The notes under the pieces: generated by a model
The model's database searches: none
What the model was told of the DNA's origin: nothing
The model's input: the letters and a program-made list of their open reading frames with translations, nothing else
In this document: positions 6,004-12,473 of the stretch, piece after piece
Layout of the letters: each line of letters begins with the position of its first letter
How positions within the stretch are numbered: the stretch's first letter is position 1
Translations under genes and position numbers: made by a program
Source: Candidatus Iainarchaeum sp.
Lineage (GTDB): Archaea > Iainarchaeota > Iainarchaeia > Iainarchaeales > 0-14-0-20-30-16
Direction of reading: 5' to 3'
Assembly: GCA_903916665.1 (NCBI GenBank)
Contig: CAIWXP010000061.1
Location: 1 to 12,473, forward strand
DNA: 12,473 bases

Positions 6004-7773
6004 ATGCAATTCGAAGAGTTTTCTGAAAAGTTAAGCCTATTGGAAACAACTGAATCTAGACTAAAGATTAGAGACTATACCTTCGACTTGTTTTCAAGCC
6101 TAGATCCAGAAGAAAGAAGATTTACTACTTATTTATTACAATCAAGAATATTTCCAGCCTATCAAAACAAAGAATTAAACATAGGCCAAAGCATAATTAT
6201 CCAAGCAATATCAAAAAGTTTTGGACAATCAATAAAAGAAATAGAACAGAAACACATGTCTTTAGGAGATCTTGGACAAACAGCAGAATATTTCTCAAAC
6301 ATAAGAATGCAAAAATCATTATTCTCAAAAAAAATTTCATTAAAAGAAGTCTATGATACTTTAAAAAAATTAGTTGAAATGCAAGGAAAATCAAGTACCG
6401 ACAATAAAATTGGTTTATTAACTTCCCTTTTTAATAATAGTTCTGCAAAAGAAACAAAATATATTACCAAAATAATTTTAAAAAGTTTAAGATTAAACCT
6501 CGGTGTTCAAACTATTATTGAAGCCTGCGCATTAAAAGTAATGAAAGATCAAGGCTATAACTTGCACGATGAAAATATGCAAGAATATAAAAAAATAAAA
6601 GAAATAATTGATATTAAACAAAGTATTTCAAATGATTTGGGTTTAGTTGTTTCGTTGGTTTTTAATTTTGGCATTGATGCATTAGATGCTGTTAAAATGA
6701 TTCCTGGAATACCTATAAAAAGTGCTTTGGGAGAAAGAGAAAAAAGTCCAGAAGCAATTATTGAACGTTTGGGCTATTGTATGGTTGAAGGAAAATACGA
6801 TGGTTTTAGAACCCAATTACATAAATTAGAAAATAAAATAAATATGTATTCAAGAAGAGGAGAAGATTCAACAAATTATTTTCCAGAATTTGTTCCCCTA
6901 TTACAAAAAATTAAACATGATTTTATTTTAGATTGCGAAGCCATAGGTTACGATGTTAAAAGTAAAAAGTTTTTAAGTTTTCAAGAAACAATTAAAAGAA
7001 AAAGAAAATACGATATTAAAGAAGTTTCAGAAAAAATACCAATTAAATTAATGGTATTTGATATATTATATTTAGATGGAAAAGAAACAATGAATTTGCC
7101 TTTGGAAGAAAGAAGAAAATTAGTTGAAAAACTAATTGCAGAAATAAATTGTGAAAATATTCAAACAACAATAGCAATTAAAACAGATAAACCAAGAGAA
7201 TTAAAATCGTTCTTTGATAAATGTTTAGAATTAAGTTTAGAAGGAATAATGGCAAAGGATCTAAAGAAATCCTATGTTCCTGGTTCAAGAGATTTTGGTT
7301 GGATTAAATTAAAGAAAAATTATTTAGAAGGCCAAGCAGATAGTTTTGATGTTTGTATTGTTGGTTATTTTAATGGGCAAGGTAAAAATAATAATTTGCC
7401 TTCTAGTTTACTATGTGCTGTCTATGATGAAGAACACAATGTTTACAATGTAATTGCAAAAGTTGGTTCTGGATTAACTGAAGAACAAATGAATTTTTTT
7501 AAATTAGAATTTGAGAATATAAAAACATCAAAACCAGAAAATGTTAATACTGATTTAAAAGCAGATGAATATGTTGAACCGAAATATGTTATTGAAATTA
7601 TTTGTGATGAAATTACAAAAAGTCCTTTATATAAATTTACAAAAGGATACTCATTTAGATTTCCTAGATTTATTAAAATAAGAGATGATAAAAGTTCTCA
7701 AGACACAACAACTGTTGAAGAAATTGAAGAAATGTACTATTTACAACACAAAAATCAAACACCAATTAGATGA
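6004..7773 (+). CDS. lig: ATP-dependent DNA ligase (archaeal/eukaryal Lig1 type, with an N-terminal DNA-binding domain)
   Basis: The ORF is 589 aa. It has motif I EGKYDGFR (the adenylated Lys), SRRGED, LDCEAIGYD, MVFDILYLDG, EGIMAKD, WIKLKK and an OB-domain tail ending FPRFIKIRDDK. The size and motif order are canonical. Confidence 0.95.
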   Translation: MQFEEFSEKLSLLETTESRLKIRDYTFDLFSSLDPEERRFTTYLLQSRIFPAYQNKELNIGQSIIIQAISKSFGQSIKEIEQKHMSLGDLGQTAEYFSNIRMQKSLFSKKISLKEVYDTLKKLVEMQGKSSTDNKIGLLTSLFNNSSAKETKYITKIILKSLRLNLGVQTIIEACALKVMKDQGYNLHDENMQEYKKIKEIIDIKQSISNDLGLVVSLVFNFGIDALDAVKMIPGIPIKSALGEREKSPEAIIERLGYCMVEGKYDGFRTQLHKLENKINMYSRRGEDSTNYFPEFVPLLQKIKHDFILDCEAIGYDVKSKKFLSFQETIKRKRKYDIKEVSEKIPIKLMVFDILYLDGKETMNLPLEERRKLVEKLIAEINCENIQTTIAIKTDKPRELKSFFDKCLELSLEGIMAKDLKKSYVPGSRDFGWIKLKKNYLEGQADSFDVCIVGYFNGQGKNNNLPSSLLCAVYDEEHNVYNVIAKVGSGLTEEQMNFFKLEFENIKTSKPENVNTDLKADEYVEPKYVIEIICDEITKSPLYKFTKGYSFRFPRFIKIRDDKSSQDTTTVEEIEEMYYLQHKNQTPIR

Positions 7774-8159
7774 TAACTATGAAAGCACATATTAAAAACA
7801 AAGTACCAAAAGGAAAATTTAGAACCTATCATTTAACTCGTGCATTGTCATTACACGAAATTAAAAAAATTCCTTGTAAGACTTTTTCTGTTTCTCCAAG
7901 TACATTAAAAAGATTTTCAAAAAAAGTAAAAGAATTTTTAACCCATAACAAATATCATTTGTTAATAGAAAAACACAAAGGAAAACCTTTAGAAACTGAT
8001 CCAAAGGAAATATTAGAAATAATTAAGGCCTATAGATCTGGACAAAGCTATAGAGCTATTGAAAAGAAATTTAAAATTGCAAAAAGTACTGCACATTATT
8101 TAGTTAAGCATGCAAAGAAAACAAAAATAAAAAAATCAGGAACAATAATTACTGTTTAA
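7770..8159 (+). CDS. Small basic protein with two helix-turn-helix-like segments (putative DNA-binding regulator; resembles the N-terminal DNA-binding module of a transposase)
   Basis: The ORF is 129 aa. Its ATG overlaps the lig TGA (ATGA at 7770-7773); an alternative ATG is at 7779. The candidate HTH segments are FSVSPSTLKRFSKKV and GQSYRAIEKKFKIAKSTAHYLVKH, joined by a KHKGKP linker. Its stop overlaps the stop of the convergent gene (TTAA at 8156-8159). Function is unverified. Confidence 0.55.
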   Translation: MITMKAHIKNKVPKGKFRTYHLTRALSLHEIKKIPCKTFSVSPSTLKRFSKKVKEFLTHNKYHLLIEKHKGKPLETDPKEILEIIKAYRSGQSYRAIEKKFKIAKSTAHYLVKHAKKTKIKKSGTIITV

Positions 8160-9001
8160 GCCCTTAGTTTAGTTCTTCTTAAATCTACAGTTCTTCGAGC
8201 TCTTTCATTTAATGCAGTTCTTCTTTGTTCATTTATTTTAACTACTCTTTGTTCTTCTACTTGTTTTCTTCTCGAAATTAAATCTTTAATAACCCCTTCT
8301 TTAAATTGTTTATCAAATTCTAATCTTAGATCTTTAAATTTCATAAACTTTTCTCTTAATTCGGGTTCTAAACTTTCTTCAACTAAAAAATCTCTATTAT
8401 ATATTCTTATTATTATATCTTTTGGTAAATTTAATATTACTCCTTGTACATAGCTTAACAATCTTAATCTTTTTGCAGTTTCTGGATGTTCTTGAATTAA
8501 TTTTTCCCAATTAATGGTTGGTAAACTATGACTATATAATTGAGATACCAATTCGCCAGGCAAAATAAATAGTTCTTCACAAATATCTTTTATTGCGTAG
8601 GCAGTTACTGCATCAAAATTTTCATTACTAACAATATCTTGAACAGATATATCTACTAATATTTTAAACATTTTTTTTGCTTCTTTATCATTTTCTAAAT
8701 CTTTTTTAGCAGCTTTCATTTTTTCAACAAATTCAGGTTTGGCAGAAAAAGTAGTATATGCAGAGTATCCGTAATCTATCGCTGTTGGACCCCCCATCAA
8801 AAACAAAAGTACCAAATATATCAACGGGCCACTTTGTTTTATTGCTTGAACATATTCCAATGCTCTTGGTTCTGGCAAAACACCTTTTGCAAAAGTCAAG
8901 CTATCTTTTGGTTTATCAGCATCTAGCATTTTTTGAACTATTTTTGGATATCTTAAATCTGGTTGTTTCTTTGCCATAAACATCACACTTTTGGTTGCCA
9001 T
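8156..9001 (-). CDS. Hypothetical protein with one predicted TM helix and a strongly basic C-terminal coiled-coil-like tail
   Basis: The ORF is 281 aa. It has one hydrophobic segment, GPLIYLVLLFLMGGPTAIDYGY. The C-terminus is RRKQVEEQRVVKINEQRRTALNERARRTVDLRRTKLRA. The start is either ATG 9001 (19-nt overlap with the upstream gene) or ATG 8983 (TGATG, 1-nt overlap). I recognise no family. Confidence 0.55.
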   Translation of the reverse strand: MATKSVMFMAKKQPDLRYPKIVQKMLDADKPKDSLTFAKGVLPEPRALEYVQAIKQSGPLIYLVLLFLMGGPTAIDYGYSAYTTFSAKPEFVEKMKAAKKDLENDKEAKKMFKILVDISVQDIVSNENFDAVTAYAIKDICEELFILPGELVSQLYSHSLPTINWEKLIQEHPETAKRLRLLSYVQGVILNLPKDIIIRIYNRDFLVEESLEPELREKFMKFKDLRLEFDKQFKEGVIKDLISRRKQVEEQRVVKINEQRRTALNERARRTVDLRRTKLRA

Positions 9002-9378
9002 TTAAATTTTACTAATTCATCATGTACTTCTTTAAAGTATTTATAATCTTCGCTATTAGAATCTAAAATTCCTATTGCATGTTCCAAATATTTAATTATA
9101 ATAAATCTACCTACAATCTTTGTTCTTAATCTTGTATGATCTAAAAAATATCTTAATTGATAAACCCAATGTTTTGGATCTTCTTCTAATTTTGGTTCAT
9201 TTTCTTCTAACCACATCATTGCTAAATCATCATATCTACCAAAGCTCGCATTGTCAAAACCCTCTGGCAGACCTTCAAATAAACTAATTACATTTCCACC
9301 TAATTTGAATTCTCGCGCTTTTTGATCTGCAATTTTATGTGCAAAATCCAAATGCAACACTCTGGGTTCTTTGGGCAT
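8983..9378 (-). CDS. Hypothetical acidic cytoplasmic protein, translationally coupled to leuS
   Basis: The ORF is 131 aa. Its ATG lies 4 nt after the leuS TGA, and the leuS end supplies an SD-like GAGTGAT 4 nt upstream. It has no TM segment and no motif I recognise. Confidence 0.55.
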   Translation of the reverse strand: MPKEPRVLHLDFAHKIADQKAREFKLGGNVISLFEGLPEGFDNASFGRYDDLAMMWLEENEPKLEEDPKHWVYQLRYFLDHTRLRTKIVGRFIIIKYLEHAIGILDSNSEDYKYFKEVHDELVKFKWQPKV

Positions 9379-9382
9379 TATA

Positions 9383-11860
9383 TCACTCTAAATGTATTGC
9401 GGGTTTATTTGATTTTGCTTTTCCTGCTTTGTTTTCAGGATCATATTTTGCTTTATCATTAACAGCAAATACTTTTATTGTTAGGTTTGTTTTCTTTTCT
9501 ATACTTGAAACATCTTTCAATAATTCTAATTCATTTGGAATTACATAAACAAATGCTTTGCTAATAGAATTATCTCTTTTATCTTGAATAACTTTTAATA
9601 TTTTTCCTAAATCTTCAGATAGGTTTTCAATTGCTTGATCTTCTTTATCAAATTTTAAATTTATTTTTGATTCATTAACTTTATCAAAAGTACTTTGTGA
9701 AATAAAACCTTTGTTACCAAATCTATTCCATAGTTCTTCAGTAATGTGAGGACAAAATACATGTAACATTTGTATATACTTATTTGCAGATTCTTTTGAT
9801 ATTGTTTTTTCATTTTGCATGGTTTCAAATAAAGCTCTTAATTTTATTGTTGAAACATTGTATTTGAAATTTTGAACATCATCAAAAAATTCTTTCAATG
9901 TTTTATTTATTTTATGTTCGAATTTTTCAGAATCTTTTCCAAACCTAATGTTCTCAAAAAATGAATAAACTTTTCCAATAAATTTATGTGAGCTTTGCAT
10001 TCCGCTATCCGTCCAAATAACATCTTTATCTGGAGATGCATTTGAAATCAAATAAAATCTTAATGCATCAGCACCAAATTTTTCTATTGTATCTAAAGGC
10101 TCGATTACATTACCTCTTGATTTTGACATTCGTTCCCCATCAGCTGCTTTAACAATACCTTGAGTAAAATATCTCAAAGCAGGCTCATCAAAATTAATTA
10201 ATCCTAAATCATGTAATACTTTTGTATAAAATCTAATGTAAATTAGGTGCATTGTAATATGTTCTGGCCCACCAATATATTGATCTATTGGACACCAATG
10301 ATTTACTTTGCTAGAATCAAATATTTCCTTTGAATTCTTTGGATCACAGTATCTTAAATAATACCATGAACTGTTTACAAAAGTATCCATTGTGTCTGTT
10401 TCTCTTCTTGCTTTTCCTTTACATTTAGGACAAGTAGTATTAACCCAAGAATCATTTGTTTTTAAAGGATTACCTTGACCAAATTTAACATCTTTTGGAA
10501 GAGTAACAGGTAGATCTTTTGCATTTAATGGAACTATTCCACATTTATCACAATATACTACTGGAATTGGTGTGCCCCAATATCTTTGTCTTGAAATTAA
10601 CCAATCTCTTAATTTATATTGAACTGTTTTTTTACCTAGACTCATATGTTGTAGGTATTCAGTTATTGTATCTATTGCTGCTCTATTATTTAATCCATTG
10701 AACTTTTCTGAATTAACTAATATTCCATTTTCAGTATAGGCTCTTTGCATTGTTTTTGAATCTAAATTATTTTCTTTATTTTGTATTACAACTTTAATAT
10801 TAATACCATATTTTTTTGCAAATTCAAAATCTCTTTGATCATGACTTGGAACGGCCATTACCATTCCTGATGCATAGTCTGCAACAACAAAATTACCTGC
10901 ATAAACTGGAACTTTTTCTTTTGTTAATGGATTAATTGCATAGGCCCCAGTAAATACTCCTTCTTTCTCTAAATTTTCTAACTCTTTCTCTGAAACACTT
11001 TTTAATTTCTTTAAAAACTCTTCAACTTTTGATTTTTGTTCTTTTGTTACCAAATCAAATAACCTATTGTGTTGTGCACTAATTACTAAAAAAGTAACAC
11101 CATACAATGTATCTGGTCTTGTTGTAAACACTTTCCAATCTTCATTGTTAATATTAAAAATAACTTCAGTACCAAAAGATTTTCCAATCCAATTCTTTTG
11201 TAATACTTTTGCTCTTTCTGGCCAATCTAATTTTTCTAATCCTTGTAATAATGGTTCAACATATTTTGTTATATTATAAAACCATTGTTCTAAATGTTTT
11301 ATTTCTATATCAGTATCTTCATGTCTCCAACATTTTCCATTTACAACTTGTTCGTTTGCTAAAACTGATTCACATTTGGGACAATAATTAACTGGTGCTT
11401 TTTTTCTATAGGCTATTCCTTTTTCCAACATTTGCAAAAAGATCCATTGATCCCATTTATAAAATTCAGGATCGCTTGTTTTCAAAGCTCTTGACCAATC
11501 ATAGCTCCAACCCATTGCTTTTTGTTGTTTCATAAAGTTAGCAATTGATTTCTTTGTGTAATCTTCTGGATGAGTATTATTTTTTATTGCTGCATTTTCT
11601 GCAGGCAAACCTAAAGAATCATAGCCAATAGGGTATAACACATTAAATCCTTGCAATCTTTTGAATCTAGTGTAAATATCTCCTAAAGTATAGGTAAATG
11701 CATGCCCCATGTGTAATCCTGCGCCAGAAGGGTAAGGAAACATGTCTAAAACATAGTACTTGGGTTTCTTGCTTTGGTCTGATACTTGAAAGATTTTCTC
11801 CTTTTCCCATGCTTCTTGCCATTTAACATCTATTTCTTTAAAATTCACAAATTCAGCCAT
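9383..11860 (-). CDS. leuS: Leucyl-tRNA synthetase, bacterial-type architecture
   Basis: It has the HIGH region MFPYPSGAGLHMGHAFTYTLGDIYTRFKRLQGFNVLYPIGYDSLGLPAE, Zn motifs CPKCESVLANEQVVNGKCWRH and CPKCKGKARRETDTMDTFVNSSWYY, the CP1 editing-domain entry TTRPDTLYGVTFLVISAQH, and a KMSKS variant GERMSKSRGN. I place the start at ATG 11860 (MAEFVNF..., with a GTGAT SD-like motif 4 nt upstream). I did not use the track's TTG at 11878. That gives 825 aa. Confidence 0.95.
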   Translation of the reverse strand: MAEFVNFKEIDVKWQEAWEKEKIFQVSDQSKKPKYYVLDMFPYPSGAGLHMGHAFTYTLGDIYTRFKRLQGFNVLYPIGYDSLGLPAENAAIKNNTHPEDYTKKSIANFMKQQKAMGWSYDWSRALKTSDPEFYKWDQWIFLQMLEKGIAYRKKAPVNYCPKCESVLANEQVVNGKCWRHEDTDIEIKHLEQWFYNITKYVEPLLQGLEKLDWPERAKVLQKNWIGKSFGTEVIFNINNEDWKVFTTRPDTLYGVTFLVISAQHNRLFDLVTKEQKSKVEEFLKKLKSVSEKELENLEKEGVFTGAYAINPLTKEKVPVYAGNFVVADYASGMVMAVPSHDQRDFEFAKKYGINIKVVIQNKENNLDSKTMQRAYTENGILVNSEKFNGLNNRAAIDTITEYLQHMSLGKKTVQYKLRDWLISRQRYWGTPIPVVYCDKCGIVPLNAKDLPVTLPKDVKFGQGNPLKTNDSWVNTTCPKCKGKARRETDTMDTFVNSSWYYLRYCDPKNSKEIFDSSKVNHWCPIDQYIGGPEHITMHLIYIRFYTKVLHDLGLINFDEPALRYFTQGIVKAADGERMSKSRGNVIEPLDTIEKFGADALRFYLISNASPDKDVIWTDSGMQSSHKFIGKVYSFFENIRFGKDSEKFEHKINKTLKEFFDDVQNFKYNVSTIKLRALFETMQNEKTISKESANKYIQMLHVFCPHITEELWNRFGNKGFISQSTFDKVNESKINLKFDKEDQAIENLSEDLGKILKVIQDKRDNSISKAFVYVIPNELELLKDVSSIEKKTNLTIKVFAVNDKAKYDPENKAGKAKSNKPAIHLE

Positions 11861-11931
11861 AATAATCACGCAATTCAATATAATATGTTAAAATATATAA
11901 GAATTAGGTGAAAAAGGTTTAAAAATAGGGT
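11861..11931 (-). promoter_or_regulatory. leuS upstream region with a TATA-like box and an SD-like motif
   Basis: The minus strand reads ...cttatatattttaacatattatattgaattgcgtgattattATG. TTATATAT (complement of ~11892-11899) lies ~32 nt before the ATG. GTGAT lies 4 nt before the ATG. The evidence is motif-level only. Confidence 0.3.
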
Positions 11932-12473
11932 TTAATCGTAAATCTTTTCTATGATCTTGTCAATAACATTTTCTGGTAATTCTTTGCTTTGCTTTATTGC
12001 CACACGCATATCTTCAGGAGAATATTTATCTTTAAAGGGTTTTAACTTTGCAGTTAAAGTTTCAATCTCGTCTTTATATTTAGTAAAAATATCACTTTGA
12101 ATATTTAATTTCTTTTCCAAGTTAATCTTTTTATCTTCTGGCATTTTATTATCAACAAAATTCTTTGCTTTTTCAAATCCTCTTTGCTCTTGAAGATTTT
12201 GTAATTTTATCTTTCCATCTAATAAAGAAACTCTTTTTTCTAATTCTATTTTTTGTTCTTTAAATACATCTTCAGTGACTTCTTGTTTAAAGAATTTTCT
12301 TTGTAATTCTCCTAAAGTTTGTTTTGCAATTGTCAATTCGTCTTGCAATTCATCAATGCTTTTTCCAACCAATTGTTTTTCAAATTGTTTTTGTTTCTTT
12401 GATATACTTCTCAAAACAATTCCTAAAATTACAAATAATAATAAAATTCCTAAAAATATATAATAAACAAACA
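11932..12473 (-). CDS. Membrane-anchored coiled-coil protein. Partial: the N-terminus runs off the right edge of the window.
   Basis: The track ORF begins at a TTG (12414). The frame stays open upstream to the window edge and encodes a clear hydrophobic helix (FVYYIFLGILLLFVILGIV) directly before RSISKKQ. The rest is a K/E/Q-rich heptad-like sequence (ELQDELTIAKQTLGELQRKFFKQEV...). I recognise no family. Confidence 0.55.
   Translation of the reverse strand, partial: FVYYIFLGILLLFVILGIVLRSISKKQKQFEKQLVGKSIDELQDELTIAKQTLGELQRKFFKQEVTEDVFKEQKIELEKRVSLLDGKIKLQNLQEQRGFEKAKNFVDNKMPEDKKINLEKKLNIQSDIFTKYKDEIETLTAKLKPFKDKYSPEDMRVAIKQSKELPENVIDKIIEKIYD

Noticed and set aside
11861-11878. The track's N-terminal extension of LeuRS (MNCVII-), starting at 11878.
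   Set aside because: That start codon is TTG. The ATG at 11860 is preceded by a GTGAT SD-like motif, and the alignment-like N-terminus (MAEFVNFKEIDVKWQ) fits LeuRS starts better.
571-12463. Fourteen short ORFs (60-116 aa) in the track that lie antisense to, or out of frame within, the long genes: 571-774, 778-969, 1679-1870, 1928-2278, 2981-3226, 4024-4209, 4606-4836, 6197-6394, 8758-8979, 9339-9548, 10519-10701, 11067-11279, 11209-11391 and 12275-12463.
   Set aside because: Each is fully embedded in a longer ORF that has clear family motifs. Their translations are low-complexity F/L/I/S-rich strings, as expected from the reverse strand of AT-rich coding DNA. None has an SD or TATA context.
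1-12473. CRISPR arrays, IS elements with inverted repeats, defence-system signatures or stop-codon reassignment.
   Set aside because: No regularly spaced repeats are present. There are no transposase or integrase catalytic domains and no large ATPase or nuclease genes of unknown type. TAA, TAG (dnaG) and TGA (rSAM, lig, leuS, the 131-aa ORF) all terminate well-supported ORFs at the expected lengths.

Overview
This is an AT-rich, tightly packed window. Its gene content points to a small-genome archaeon; calling it DPANN-like is my inference. I call 13 protein genes and one tRNA. On the minus strand, from the left edge: a partial class I SAM methyltransferase, a radical SAM enzyme with a Cys-rich SPASM-like C-terminus, archaeal-type DnaG (Toprim) and a DUF167/YggU-like protein. 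Next come a UbiA-like membrane protein (+), a stand-alone Trbp111/CsaA-type tRNA-binding protein (-), tRNA-Trp(CCA) (+), an FKBP-type PPIase (+), ATP-dependent DNA ligase (+) and a small double-HTH protein overlapping the ligase stop (+). The rest is a minus-strand block: a partial membrane-anchored coiled-coil protein, then leuS followed by two translationally coupled genes I cannot assign. I saw no CRISPR array, integrase, transposase catalytic domain or rRNA. All three stop codons are used as stops, so there is no sign of recoding. The observation I consider most worth following is at the dnaG 3' end. The last seven codons plus the stop (DVHEYDA*) occur a second time 73 nt downstream, and every difference between the copies is a synonymous third-position transition. 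The copies are separated by an unusually GC-rich 49-nt spacer, and the only terminator-like hairpin lies after the second copy. Other leads are the rSAM/SPASM plus methyltransferase pair, the uncharacterised leuS-coupled pair, a bacterial-type LeuRS in an archaeal context, an S/N/P/Y/H-rich insertion in DnaG, a UbiA-like protein with a degenerate first Asp motif, and tandem hairpins after the tRNA. All functional calls rest on motif recognition by eye; no database search was possible.
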